From an uncultured bacterium (GTDB taxonomy: Bacteria > Desulfobacterota_D > UBA1144 > Nemesobacterales > UBA2774), in the NCBI GenBank assembly GCA_963705505.1, contig CAVPJU010000010.1, positions 384,001-448,000 of the forward strand: a stretch of DNA of 64,000 bases. Reading direction: 5' to 3'. A program made the position numbers and the translations under genes. Each line of letters begins with the position of its first letter. Within the stretch, counting starts at the first letter, position 1. Under the pieces are notes generated by a model that saw only the letters and a program-made list of their open reading frames with translations, ran no database searches and was not told where the DNA came from. Shown in pieces: positions 48,566 to 59,307 of this stretch.

Positions 48566-49171
48566 ATGCTGCAAAAAGGTATACCGGAATCGATAGCGAG
48601 ACTGATAAACGAACTCTCCAAGCTCCCCGGAATCGGGGAAAAGAATGCAACGAGGCTGGCTTTCCACATATTCAGGTCCCCGAAGGAAAATGCGGAAAAC
48701 CTCTCCAGAGCGATAATCGATACGAAGTCAAAGGTAGTTCTATGCGATACCTGTTTCAATTTCGCAAACGAATCACCCTGTGAATTGTGCAGGGATAAAG
48801 AGAGAGACCAATCCATAATTTGTGTCGTGGAGGAGCCCCTGGACCAGCTCGCCATAGAAAGGAGCAGGGAGTTCAACGGCGTATATCACATACTCCACGG
48901 CGTAATATCCCCGATCGAGGGCATAGGGCCAGAGGACCTCAAGATAAAGGAGCTCATCAGGAGGTTGGAAGGGAATGATGTGAAAGAGGTAATAATCGCG
49001 ACCAATCCCAGTGTCGAGGGCGAGGCCACGGCCCTTTACCTCTCGAAGCTCATAAAGCCGATGGGCGTGGGGGTGAGCAGGATCGCCCACGGGATACCCA
49101 TGGGAGGGGATATTGAATATATCGACGAGATAACATTACGCAAAGCAATACGGGATAGAAAGTATATTTAG
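48566..49171 (+). CDS. recR: recombination mediator RecR
   Basis: LPGIGEKNA HhH, C4 zinc finger, TOPRIM ATNPSVEGEAT. Confidence 0.97.
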   Translation: MLQKGIPESIARLINELSKLPGIGEKNATRLAFHIFRSPKENAENLSRAIIDTKSKVVLCDTCFNFANESPCELCRDKERDQSIICVVEEPLDQLAIERSREFNGVYHILHGVISPIEGIGPEDLKIKELIRRLEGNDVKEVIIATNPSVEGEATALYLSKLIKPMGVGVSRIAHGIPMGGDIEYIDEITLRKAIRDRKYI

Positions 49172-49259
49172 TTATAATAGAATAATATAGACATCTTAAT
49201 AATATAGAATATATAGCCTATGTCTATAATCCCGGAGACAGGTTTTCAAGGAGGACGTA

Positions 49260-49706
49260 ATGCCGAGGATCGGAAGAGCGTTTAACGAGCTCAAGATCGG
49301 GGACAAGCTCTCCGAGAGAATCACCGTTACGGAAACACATGTGGTGAAGGCGGCGGGTCTTTTCAACGATTACAACGCGCTCCACACGAACGAGCCCGAC
49401 ATGAAAAATTCGAGGTTCGGCACGAGGATAGTCCACGGGGCGCTTACGTTCAGCCTCGCGGTCGGGGTTTACAGCAAGGCCTTCCACGATACCGACATTT
49501 CCACGGTCGAGGCTTCGATAAAGTTCACCGCGCCCGTATTCATGAACGACACCATAACGATGGAGTGGACAGTGAAAGAGCTCGACGAAAAACCAAAACT
49601 GAACGGCGGACTGGTGGCGCTTTCGGGAGAGGTAAGGAATATGGAGGACAAAACCCTCGCGACTCTGGAAGCCAAGATCCTCGTGGGCAACGAGACGATC
49701 TATTAA
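49260..49706 (+). CDS. MaoC family dehydratase
   Basis: DYNALH...RIVHG hydratase motif, FTAPVF. Confidence 0.88.
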   Translation: MPRIGRAFNELKIGDKLSERITVTETHVVKAAGLFNDYNALHTNEPDMKNSRFGTRIVHGALTFSLAVGVYSKAFHDTDISTVEASIKFTAPVFMNDTITMEWTVKELDEKPKLNGGLVALSGEVRNMEDKTLATLEAKILVGNETIY

Positions 49707-49727
49707 TCGGGTTTTCCGACGAAGGGA

Positions 49728-50771
49728 ATGGACAAGAAGCTTAAATTCAGCAGGTCACGCTTATCCAAACTATTCCTCGCGCTGATTACCGTCTTAATAA
49801 CCATAGGCGCAATAGAGCTTGGAATCAGGTTAACATCCGACAGCGACAAGTACTCTCTAATTGATAACATCCGCAGCCTCCAAACACTCAAGAACCCCGT
49901 CGGATATAAGCTCAGGGAAAAGGCCTGGAAATCGAGCTTTTCCGAAAGGGGCCTCGGGATACCGCCCGGCGGACCGAGGGAGGGATTACGGGGCGAGGGA
50001 ATAACCCCGGTCAACTGCGCCGTCTCGGATTGTAATTTCAAAAAAAACATACCGGGCCTGATAGAAGTTGACGCGAACGGATTTCAGAGGCTCGGTAAAT
50101 TAGAAAAGCCCTACCCTAGCATACTCATCATCGGAGGAAGCGTCGCATGGGGAGCCGGGGCTTCGGATATAGCGAATACATACTTCTCAAGACTATACGA
50201 TATGCTCAAAGACGAATATCCCGATACCGGTATATCCGTCCTGGCCGCTTATGCTTCGACAAGCGGCACGGATTTAAGCTACTTCGTTAATAAAGGGTTG
50301 GACACAAAGCCGGACATAGTCGTATTTTTAAACGGCCTCAACGACATTACGGTCAAAGGGAGCTTAAGGCAGTCCGACGCCTCCGATTACATACTTAACA
50401 TGAAGATTGCAGAGCGTCTGGCGGAGCGTAACGGCATCACGACCGTTATTGTCAGACAGCCCTTCCCCGGCGGGAAAAAACACAAGACCGAGCTCGAAGA
50501 GAGGATACTGGGTTTGAGCCGCGATGATTACGATAAAACAATCGTGCCGCTCTACAATTACATCGGGCATGCACTGGAAAAGATGGCGGAAACGGAGGGG
50601 ATTTATTATATAGACGCCGCCGATTGTTTTGAAAACGAAACGGCCACGACTTTTAACGACCAGTGGCATTTCTCGGACCCGGGTCACCGACTCCTCGCTG
50701 AGAAGATCTACTCAGGGCTTAATCCGGTTCTACAAAAACTTCGCGACAAGAAAGAGCTTCAACCGAAATGA
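49728..50771 (+). CDS. membrane-anchored SGNH/GDSL hydrolase
   Basis: N-terminal TM; GGSVAWG, GLND, DQWH. Confidence 0.82.
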   Translation: MDKKLKFSRSRLSKLFLALITVLITIGAIELGIRLTSDSDKYSLIDNIRSLQTLKNPVGYKLREKAWKSSFSERGLGIPPGGPREGLRGEGITPVNCAVSDCNFKKNIPGLIEVDANGFQRLGKLEKPYPSILIIGGSVAWGAGASDIANTYFSRLYDMLKDEYPDTGISVLAAYASTSGTDLSYFVNKGLDTKPDIVVFLNGLNDITVKGSLRQSDASDYILNMKIAERLAERNGITTVIVRQPFPGGKKHKTELEERILGLSRDDYDKTIVPLYNYIGHALEKMAETEGIYYIDAADCFENETATTFNDQWHFSDPGHRLLAEKIYSGLNPVLQKLRDKKELQPK

Positions 50772-50850
50772 TTTCAGGGCTCGTGTGCCGGCCGCTGACA
50801 GACCTGTCCGAATCGATGTGAACCGGCGTGTTGGTATTAAATTCTAATCC

Positions 50851-51792
50851 TTAAACCGTCGTAACCCTTCTGCGGCGTATCAAAACAAAGAGACTTCCCG
50901 AAAGCAGAACTAAACCCATCACGACCATGCCGACCTCGGAGAGTGTCGGGATTGCGGACACAAACGGAGGGTTCAAAAACGCGATCGCCTCCAGTCCGTC
51001 TACGGTTTCACCGATATTTGTAACTTCGCCGGTCGTAGTATTTATTGTTACGAGATAATTTTCATACGAAAAGGCCTGGTTATCAAGTGAACCGAACATC
51101 ACACCGGTCTCCGGGTTTAAATCCAACGAATTGATTAGCGGCACGCCCTCGTCGAGCGGAGGAAGCGTGAGGTCTGTAATCAGGCTGGCAACCCCTGTAG
51201 ACTGGTTTAATAAGTAAAGCGACGGAATGGAGGGCACAAAATCCGTATCCGCGAGGAACAGGTCGTTAGATTGACCGAACCCGATCCCGTTACCGCCGCC
51301 GAAAAGACCCGAATATCCTACAAAATGAACCGCTCCCGTATCAATATCGATGGTTGTGAGAAAATTACCGGGCTTGCTGATATAGTATGCGAACAATGTC
51401 CCGTCCCCCCTGAACGAAATGTCCTGGATCGGACCTTCTACGGATAACATGGCAACTTCGGTCCCCGCTCCGGTAAGCGGATCGATGGTTATCAGCACCT
51501 GGTTATCGCCGGCATCGAAACACACGGCATAGAGCACATTAGTTATGGGGTGAAAATCGAGGCCCGTGCAGAAGGCGAAGCCCGTGGGACCTATAGGCGT
51601 CGCGGCTCCGGAATCAGGATCTATTGAATACAGGGTGCTTTCTCCAATAAGGACAACCACCTTCGTATTCGTATCAGCTGATTTAAGATCTTCTTCAGTG
51701 GCGACTCCGTAGAGCTGCGCCCGTGCTGCTCCGGCAAAGAATAGTAAAATTGTCAAAGCATAGAAAAAGTGTTTTGCCCTAGCCATTTCCAC
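50851..51792 (-). CDS. IPTL-CTERM sorted surface protein, beta-propeller-like
   Basis: signal peptide; repeated IDPxTG blades; AIPTLSEVGMVVMG-TM-RRRR. Confidence 0.88.
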   Translation of the reverse strand: MEMARAKHFFYALTILLFFAGAARAQLYGVATEEDLKSADTNTKVVVLIGESTLYSIDPDSGAATPIGPTGFAFCTGLDFHPITNVLYAVCFDAGDNQVLITIDPLTGAGTEVAMLSVEGPIQDISFRGDGTLFAYYISKPGNFLTTIDIDTGAVHFVGYSGLFGGGNGIGFGQSNDLFLADTDFVPSIPSLYLLNQSTGVASLITDLTLPPLDEGVPLINSLDLNPETGVMFGSLDNQAFSYENYLVTINTTTGEVTNIGETVDGLEAIAFLNPPFVSAIPTLSEVGMVVMGLVLLSGSLFVLIRRRRVTTV

Positions 51793-51970
51793 ATCCTCCT
51801 CAAAAATGACTCAATTGTTACAAAATATTAACATAGCCGACAAACGATTATCAAGCGGTATTGGCTATTAAGATTCACAAACAAAGCAAACACTTTCCAT
51901 TTTGACATCACTCCTAGCCTGTGCTAATTTCTGTTTTGTAAGTGGAAGCACGAACTAGCCGGAGGTAAAA

Positions 51971-52354
51971 ATGCGCTTTCTACACACGATGATAAGAGTA
52001 GGCGATCTGGAAAAATCGAAAAAGTTTTATACCGAAGTCCTCGGACTTAAATTCAACAGACAGAAAGATTATCCTGAGGGTGAATTCACGCTCGCATTCC
52101 TCGGGACTGAAGACCAGCCCGAGACACTGGAGCTGACACACAACTGGGGGACAGATAAATACGACCTCGGGAACGCTTACGGCCACATGGCCTTCGGGGT
52201 GGACGACATATACGCCACATGCGAGAAGATAAAGGCCGCCGGGGGAAAAGTAGTCCGCCCGCCCGGGCCGATGAAGCACGGGACGACGGTGATAGCGTTC
52301 GTCGAGGACCCGGACTCTTACAAGATCGAGCTTATAGAAAGGCGGGGGGCATAA
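51971..52354 (+). CDS. gloA: lactoylglutathione lyase (glyoxalase I)
   Basis: MRFLHTMIRVGDLEKS, LELTHNW, YGHMA, FVEDPDSYKIELIE. Confidence 0.96.
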   Translation: MRFLHTMIRVGDLEKSKKFYTEVLGLKFNRQKDYPEGEFTLAFLGTEDQPETLELTHNWGTDKYDLGNAYGHMAFGVDDIYATCEKIKAAGGKVVRPPGPMKHGTTVIAFVEDPDSYKIELIERRGA

Positions 52355-52358
52355 AGCA

Positions 52359-53696
52359 TCATGTTTCTTTCTTTCTGCGCTTTTTCCATTTCTCCGTCAG
52401 GTACTTCCTGAGCCCGGCTTCTCTCCCGATTTCAGTGGGCTCGTAATAAATCATTTCCTTCAGCTCTTCCGGCAGAAAGTTCTGCTCGATGAAATGGTCT
52501 TCGGAGTCATGGGAGTATTTGTAGTCCTTCCCGTAGCCGATCTCCTTCATGAGCTTCGTAGGGGCGTTACGGAGGTGCATCGGGATAGCGATACCGGGTC
52601 TCTTCCTGACCTCCGACAGAGCGGCGCTTATAGCCGTGTATGACGCGTTGCTCTTGGGACAGCTCGACAGATAAGTAGCTGCCTGCGCCAGAATGAGGCT
52701 CGCCTCGGGCATGCCGACATAATCTACCGCAGTGAACGCCGCGGTCGCGAGAGTGAGCGCGTAAGGCTCGGCATTGCCGATATCTTCCGAGGCAAGGATT
52801 ATGAGCCTCCTCGCTATGAACTTCGGGTCTTCTCCGGCCTCGAGCATCCTCGCAAGATAATAAACCGCCGCATCGGGGTCGCTCCCCCTCACGCTCTTAA
52901 TGAATGCAGAAATCGTATTGTAATGCTCCTCCCCTCCCCTGTCGTACCTGTAATGATGAGTCTGATAGGCCTCGCGTACCAACTCCCTCGTTATTTCAAC
53001 CGGACCGTCGGAGGAGGTGATATCGACCGCTATTTCAAGCGCGTTCAGCATTATACGGGCATCGCCTCCGCTCTGGGCTATAAGCTCTTCTTTCGCTTCG
53101 GGGGTGAGGGTAGTGCCTTTTATTACCTCGTCGTCGAGGAGCGCTCTTTCGAGAAGGGTCTCGAGGTCTTCCTTGGATAATGATTCCAGGACATAGACGC
53201 TCGAGCGGGAAAGGAGAGGCGATATAACTTCAAACGATGGGTTTTCGGTCGTAGCGCCTATGAGGACGAGCGTCCCGTTCTCGACACTTTTAAGCAACGC
53301 CGCCTGCTGGGACTTATTGAACCTGTGTATCTCGTCGATGAAGAGGACCGTCCTCCTCCCCGTATCGAGGGACTTTTCCGCCTGCGTGATAATATCCCGG
53401 AGCTCCTTTACCCCGGAGGATATGGCGTTAATCTGGACGAAATCCGCATTCAGCTTCGTAGCGAGGAGCCTGGCAAGCGTAGTCTTTCCGCTTCCCGGGG
53501 GTCCCCAGAATATCATTGACCTGATATTTTTCCCCCGGAGCATCTTCCGGATCACGCCGTCGGGACCGATAAGGTGTGCCTGACCAGCAAACTCTTCGAA
53601 GCTCTGCGGCCGCATCCTCTCCGCGAGGGGAGCCGCCTCTTTCGGGGGCTTGAACAGCGAAGGCTCGCCGCCCTCTTTATATATCTTATTCGCCAT
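52359..53696 (-). CDS. rarA: replication-associated recombination protein A (MgsA)
   Basis: PLAERMRP, GPPGSGKTT, DEIHRFNKSQQ, SAFIKSVRGSDPDAA. Confidence 0.96.
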   Translation of the reverse strand: MANKIYKEGGEPSLFKPPKEAAPLAERMRPQSFEEFAGQAHLIGPDGVIRKMLRGKNIRSMIFWGPPGSGKTTLARLLATKLNADFVQINAISSGVKELRDIITQAEKSLDTGRRTVLFIDEIHRFNKSQQAALLKSVENGTLVLIGATTENPSFEVISPLLSRSSVYVLESLSKEDLETLLERALLDDEVIKGTTLTPEAKEELIAQSGGDARIMLNALEIAVDITSSDGPVEITRELVREAYQTHHYRYDRGGEEHYNTISAFIKSVRGSDPDAAVYYLARMLEAGEDPKFIARRLIILASEDIGNAEPYALTLATAAFTAVDYVGMPEASLILAQAATYLSSCPKSNASYTAISAALSEVRKRPGIAIPMHLRNAPTKLMKEIGYGKDYKYSHDSEDHFIEQNFLPEELKEMIYYEPTEIGREAGLRKYLTEKWKKRRKKET

Positions 53697-53792
53697 GAAA
53701 AAAGGGTAGTGGGTGCGGGATAAGAAATCAATAGCAAAGATATTCGGAATTACATAAGATATATCTATTAAACCCGAGGGGAGCCGAACAGG

Positions 53793-55430
53793 ATGACCAG
53801 ACCTAAAAGCAGCAAGTATGAATTGGGACTCGATAAGAACCCCGCTAACTATACGCAGCTCTCGCCCCTCACGTTCATAGAACGGGCTGCGTCAGTCTTT
53901 CCCCGGCGCACATCCTTAATCCACGGGAAAGTCCGCTACACATGGGAAGAGACATACGAGCGCTCGCGCCTTCTCGCCTCCGCTCTCGGAAAGATAGGAA
54001 TAGAAAAGGGAGACACCGTGGCCGTAATGGCGCCCAACATACCGCCGCACTTCGAGGCGCACTTCGGCGTGCCCGCGACGGGCGGAGTGCTCAACTCCCT
54101 CAATATCCGGCAGGACGCCGACAACATCGCGTTCATACTCGAGCACGGAGAGGCAAAGGCGCTGATCACGGACAGGGAATACTCGGACGTGATACGGAAG
54201 GCGCTAAATATGCTCGACCGCAAACCCGTCGTTATAGATATCGACGACCCTGAGGCGCGGCACGGAGAGCCCGTCGGAGATATGGCATACGAGGAGTTTT
54301 TAAAAACAGGGGACGCCGGTCCTAAATGGGATGGGCCTGAAGACGAGTGGGATGCCATTTCTCTCAACTACACGTCCGGCACCACGGGGAACCCCAAGGG
54401 TGTGGTCTATCACCATAGGGGGGCATACCTGAACGCGCTCGGGAATATCATCGCCTGGGGCATGACCGGGCACCCCGTATATCTCTGGACGCTGCCCATG
54501 TTCCACTGCAACGGATGGTGCTTTACCTGGTCTATCGCCGCGCTCGCCGGAACGTCCGTTTGCCTGAGGCACTTCGACGCCCGAAAAATTTTTAGCTCAA
54601 TCGCTGAGCACGGGGTTACGCATCTCTGCGGCGCACCCGTCGTAATGAACATGATAATAAACTCGAAAGAAGAAGAGCGGCGTAAATTCGGGCACCGGGT
54701 CAATTTCATGACCGCGGCGGCGGCGCCTCCGGCGGCAGTCCTGGAGAGAATAGAGAAGATGGGCTTCGCGGTCACGCACGTCTACGGCCTCACGGAGACA
54801 TACGGGCCTGCGGCCATATGCGAATGGCATAGCGAATGGGACGAGCTGCCGTCACAGGAGAGGTCTCTCATGAAGGCGCGGCAGGGAGTGAGGTACACAC
54901 TGCAGGAGGGTCTTACGATAGGGAATCCTGAAACATCGGAGCCGGTCCCCGCCGATTCGAAAACTATAGGCGAAGCGCTCTTTCGCGGAAATATAGTGAT
55001 GAAGGGTTATCTCAAGAACCCGACAGCAACCGATAAGGCGTTTGCGGGCGGGTGGTTCCACACGGGCGACCTGGGTGTGATGCACCCGGACCGATATATA
55101 GAGCTCAAGGACCGCTCGAAGGATATAATAATTTCGGGGGGCGAGAACATTTCGACGCTCGAAGTGGAGTCAGTCCTTTATCAGCACCCCGGGGTTCTCG
55201 AAGCGGCTGTTGTGGCGCGCCCGGACGAGAAGTGGGGAGAGATACCCTGCGCGTTCGTAACACTCAAGCCCGAATCGCAGGAGATAAACGAGCAGGAAAT
55301 AATCGAATTCTGCCGGAGCCGCCTCGCTCATTTCAAATGCCCGAAGACGGTAGTCTTCATGGAGCTGCCCAAGACCTCGACGGGGAAGATCCAGAAATAC
55401 GTGCTCAGGGATATTGTAAAGAAACTATGA
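53793..55430 (+). CDS. acyl-CoA synthetase (AMP-forming)
   Basis: YTSGTTGNPKG, YGLTE, FHTGD, DRSKDIIISGGENI, PKTSTGKIQK. Confidence 0.95.
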   Translation: MTRPKSSKYELGLDKNPANYTQLSPLTFIERAASVFPRRTSLIHGKVRYTWEETYERSRLLASALGKIGIEKGDTVAVMAPNIPPHFEAHFGVPATGGVLNSLNIRQDADNIAFILEHGEAKALITDREYSDVIRKALNMLDRKPVVIDIDDPEARHGEPVGDMAYEEFLKTGDAGPKWDGPEDEWDAISLNYTSGTTGNPKGVVYHHRGAYLNALGNIIAWGMTGHPVYLWTLPMFHCNGWCFTWSIAALAGTSVCLRHFDARKIFSSIAEHGVTHLCGAPVVMNMIINSKEEERRKFGHRVNFMTAAAAPPAAVLERIEKMGFAVTHVYGLTETYGPAAICEWHSEWDELPSQERSLMKARQGVRYTLQEGLTIGNPETSEPVPADSKTIGEALFRGNIVMKGYLKNPTATDKAFAGGWFHTGDLGVMHPDRYIELKDRSKDIIISGGENISTLEVESVLYQHPGVLEAAVVARPDEKWGEIPCAFVTLKPESQEINEQEIIEFCRSRLAHFKCPKTVVFMELPKTSTGKIQKYVLRDIVKKL

Positions 55431-55540
55431 TTGAGTCCGGGTGAATGAAGGGGAATTAAGCCTGGTAAAGGATAAACACGGCGATAAGATCGAAAGCGCC
55501 TGTATCATAAGTGAGCAGGTGAAAGTTACGGAGAGATTAT

Positions 55541-56773
55541 TTACCTACCTCCGCCAACGTGGAAAATTGCTCCCTTGCCGTAATCCAGTATATAAATCTC
55601 TCCGTCCTCGTCCTCTCCGAAGCTGCTGACCGAAAGACCCGTATCGAGAAATTTCGCCCATTCCCATGAGCCGCCCGGCTTTCTCCTGAGTCCCCAAAGC
55701 TTTCCCGAGCAGAAGTCGGCGAAAAAGTATGTGCCGTTTATTCCGGGATATTTTTTTCCCCTGTACACATAACCTCCGGTTACGGAGCATCCCTGGTCAT
55801 GATTATATTCGACTACGGGGAATGTAAGGCTCCCCGTATCGTAGCCTTCGGGGAGTTTATATCCATAAGAACCCTCAAGCAGGCTCCAGCCGTAATTCTC
55901 CCCACCCTTGCTGTTCGCCGGCTGGAAATCGACCTCCTCCCACTTGCCCTCCCCGACGTCCGCTATATACATATCCCGCGTCTCGGGGTCGAATGAAAAT
56001 CGCCAGGGGTTTCTCAGACCATAGGCCCAAACCTCGGGGCGCGTGCCGGGCACTCCCTTGAACGGATTATCTTCGGGAATTCCATACGGCTCTCCGTCGT
56101 CCACATCGATCCTCAGCATTTTTGCGAGGAGCACGTTTTTATTCTGTCCGTTCCCGGAGGGGTCGCCCGAGAAGCCTCCGTCCCCCATGCCGATATAGAG
56201 ATAGCCGTCCGGGCCGAACTGAAGCTGCCCCCCGTTATGATTCCATGCAGGCTGTTTTATATTAAGCAGTACCCTCTCGCTATTCCCGTCGCTCCGGTCA
56301 GGGTCTTTGCCGGCTTTAAATTCCGAGATGACCGTATTGCCGTCGAGGTCGGTGTAGTCGACGAAAAATCTGCCGTTTTCCCTGTACCGGGGATGGAAAG
56401 CCACGCTCAGGAGACCGCGCTCGCTCTCCTTCGATCTCACTTTTGCAACGATATCCAAAAAGGGCTCGCCCAGGACTTTACCGTCCTTAATAACCTTTAT
56501 GCGTCCCGCCTTTTCCACGACGAAGGTTCTTCCCGAGCCGTCATGGGCGCTCGTGAGATAAACCGGGAGCTCGAAGCCTGACTCGAAAGGTATAAGCTGC
56601 ACGCGTGCCCACGGATCGACAAAGCTCGCGTTCTCGGAACCTTTGACAGGCCTCTCGGGAAAAAGTCTCGCCCTCGCATACTCGAATCCGCCTCTGAGCT
56701 CGCGGCGATAATAATAAGTCAGAACCAGCATCAAGATTATTAAAAGAAATAATATCCTGGCTATTTTATACAT
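55541..56773 (-). CDS. PQQ-dependent sugar dehydrogenase (GSDH family)
   Basis: ERGLLSVAFHP, NHNGGQLQFGPDGYLY, GLRNPWRFSFD; GAGG RBS before ATG 56773. Confidence 0.92.
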   Translation of the reverse strand: MYKIARILFLLIILMLVLTYYYRRELRGGFEYARARLFPERPVKGSENASFVDPWARVQLIPFESGFELPVYLTSAHDGSGRTFVVEKAGRIKVIKDGKVLGEPFLDIVAKVRSKESERGLLSVAFHPRYRENGRFFVDYTDLDGNTVISEFKAGKDPDRSDGNSERVLLNIKQPAWNHNGGQLQFGPDGYLYIGMGDGGFSGDPSGNGQNKNVLLAKMLRIDVDDGEPYGIPEDNPFKGVPGTRPEVWAYGLRNPWRFSFDPETRDMYIADVGEGKWEEVDFQPANSKGGENYGWSLLEGSYGYKLPEGYDTGSLTFPVVEYNHDQGCSVTGGYVYRGKKYPGINGTYFFADFCSGKLWGLRRKPGGSWEWAKFLDTGLSVSSFGEDEDGEIYILDYGKGAIFHVGGGR

Positions 56774-56926
56774 ATGAACCTCTATAACGGATGCGCCCGA
56801 ACACTGCATAAACGGATAATATTTTACTTGATATAAAAACATTCAAGCTCTATCATTTACCTGAAATCCGGAAAATTAATAAAGTATCCGCTTTCGCAGA
56901 ATAAACAACTTATCCTGTGCCCCGTC

Positions 56927-58429
56927 ATGGAAAAAACACACGATAACCTGAAGGACCTCGAGCTGCTGATACGCTCCCATTACAGCCTCATTTTCATCGA
57001 AACGGCTGAGGAGGAACGGGCAGACTCGCTCCTGAAACTACTGGCCGGCCGTCTGCATATCCCTTACTTCTATTGGACGCGGACGAAGGGGCTTAACCGC
57101 GGGGACATAGAATCAAAGGGGCCCGTTTACGGATCGACTGATATAGCGCAGGCGCTGAGACACATCGAGGCGTCCGGGTTTCGGGCAATCTATCATTTAA
57201 AAGACGCGGGGGACCTGTTCGAGGATAAGACAGCCGCGGAAATGCTCAAGGACTCATCGGCCCCGTATTCCAAAAATTCCGGGGCTATCATAATCACGGG
57301 ACAAAACCTAAAAGTCCCCGACAGCATTAAGCCGGTAACAGCGTATTTCAAGCTGACAGGACCCGGTCAGGACGAATACAGAGACCTTCTCGGACGCATA
57401 GTCAGGGACCTCTACCCCAAGATGAGCGTGGATGTGAAGCTCTCCGAGGAGGACACGAACCGGCTCTTAAACAATATCAGGGGGCTCACGCTGACCGAAG
57501 CCGAGAAAATTATTACAAGGATCATAGTCGAAGACGGTACGCTCAGCTCCGAAGACATCAGAAAGGTGATTGAAGCGAAGAAAGAGATTATAGAGCGCGA
57601 GGGCGTGCTCGAGTATTATCCCGTCGAAGAGGGCCTGTCCGATATCGCAGACCTGAGGACGCTGAAATCTTGGCTCTCAAAAAGAAAAGAGATAATTGAC
57701 AACCCCGAGAAAGCGGCGGGGTTCGGACTTTCATTCCCCAAAGGAGTCCTGCTCCTCGGGGTGCCGGGATGCGGGAAGAGCCTTTCGGCAAAGGCTGTCG
57801 CGGCGGAATGGGGGCTCCCGCTCCTCAAGATGGACCCTTCTCACCTCTACAACAAATACATCGGGGAAAGCGAGAAGAATTTCAAGAGGGCGATGGACAC
57901 AGCCGAAAAGATGTCCCCGGTCGTGCTATGGATAGACGAGATTGAAAAGGCCTTTTCCGCGGGCGGAGAATCGGAGGACGGAGGTGTTTCGATGAGGATA
58001 TTCGGGACGTTCCTCTCGTGGCTCCAGGACAGGAACGGGGACGTCTTCATCGTCGCGACTGCGAACGACGTTGAAAAGCTGCCCCCCGAGTTTCTTAGGA
58101 AAGGGCGTTTCGACGAAATATTTTTTGTCGATCTGCCGGACGAGGAAACACGCAAATCGATATTTGAGATTCATCTCAAGAAAAGGGGCAAGGACCCCTC
58201 CGGTTTCGACCTCACTTCGCTCGTGAGGATGACGGAAGGATTCAGCGGTTCCGAGATCGAGCAGGTGATCGTATCGGGGCTTTACACCGCTTACTCAGCA
58301 AAAAAGGAACTGGATACCCAGACGCTCTCGGGTGAGATATCCGCTACATGCCCGCTATCGCAGACAATGGCCGAAAAAATAGCCCGTTTGAGGGAATGGG
58401 CCTCCGGCAGGACCGTGAGCGCCCACTGA
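56927..58429 (+). CDS. AAA+ ATPase, Ycf46-like
   Basis: GVPGCGKS, WIDEIEK, ATAN..LPPEFLRKGRFDEIFFVDLP. Confidence 0.9.
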   Translation: MEKTHDNLKDLELLIRSHYSLIFIETAEEERADSLLKLLAGRLHIPYFYWTRTKGLNRGDIESKGPVYGSTDIAQALRHIEASGFRAIYHLKDAGDLFEDKTAAEMLKDSSAPYSKNSGAIIITGQNLKVPDSIKPVTAYFKLTGPGQDEYRDLLGRIVRDLYPKMSVDVKLSEEDTNRLLNNIRGLTLTEAEKIITRIIVEDGTLSSEDIRKVIEAKKEIIEREGVLEYYPVEEGLSDIADLRTLKSWLSKRKEIIDNPEKAAGFGLSFPKGVLLLGVPGCGKSLSAKAVAAEWGLPLLKMDPSHLYNKYIGESEKNFKRAMDTAEKMSPVVLWIDEIEKAFSAGGESEDGGVSMRIFGTFLSWLQDRNGDVFIVATANDVEKLPPEFLRKGRFDEIFFVDLPDEETRKSIFEIHLKKRGKDPSGFDLTSLVRMTEGFSGSEIEQVIVSGLYTAYSAKKELDTQTLSGEISATCPLSQTMAEKIARLREWASGRTVSAH

Positions 58430-58459
58430 GTTTTAAACCCTGACCGCGTCTCTCCGGCC

Positions 58460-59003
58460 CTATTTGCTTTTAATCGCAAAAGAAAACATAACCATGGTTA
58501 TGCCGTTAATGAGGAAGTAAATCCCTACGAGGAGTCCTATGATAAACGAGCTGCTCTGCGGAAACCCTCCCCATACCATGACTCCCAGTATGACGGATGC
58601 GGCACCGCTCACGAGCAGCCATACCCAGTTGGGAGCCGGTTTCATCTGGAACGCGTGAATGATCTTGAAAAAACCCTCTACGAGTAAAAACGCCGCCAGC
58701 AGGATAGTCAGCGTAAGCACCCCTTGCATCGGATTTTTCAGCAGAAGCACGCCCACGACAAGGTAGAGAATACCGCTTAAAAGTATCAGTAACAGTCTTT
58801 GCCAGTTCCCCGAAAAAAACGCGCCGATTATGGAGATAATGCCGCCGACTATCAATACAAAACCGATGAGTATCTCAACGGCGATCGTGGCAGCCATCGG
58901 GGAGCCCGTTATTACCAAACCCATGATTATATATGCGATCCCCAGGGCAAGAAGCCATCCCCAGTTTTCTCTGATACTTTCTAGCTACTGATGTACCGTT
59001 CAT
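58460..59003 (-). pseudogene. HdeD/DUF308 membrane protein with one extra base near 58982; possibly a sequencing error
   Basis: GGAGG RBS and MNGTSVA, then ESIRENWGWLLALG continuing into ORF 58460-58924 in another frame. Confidence 0.82.
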
Positions 59004-59307
59004 AATTTCCACCTCCTCTAGGAATTTAGCGGATCATTCCCGATTGGTAAATTATAAGCCTGTTTTCGGGACAGATACAAATTGTACCGCACCGGAAAAG
59101 ATAATGTCATAATCATATAATTACAATCCGCCGGATCTGACTTGCGCCGTGCATGCATGATCAATAACATGCGGACGATATAGTGACGATATAGTTAAGG
59201 CTATTCATGTCTTCTATTTTTATTGATTATCTGTTAGCATCTCTACCGGGAGTGAATGGTAGAGCTTAATTATCTTCGATTCTAATTTGGAATACGGAGC
59301 TTACACA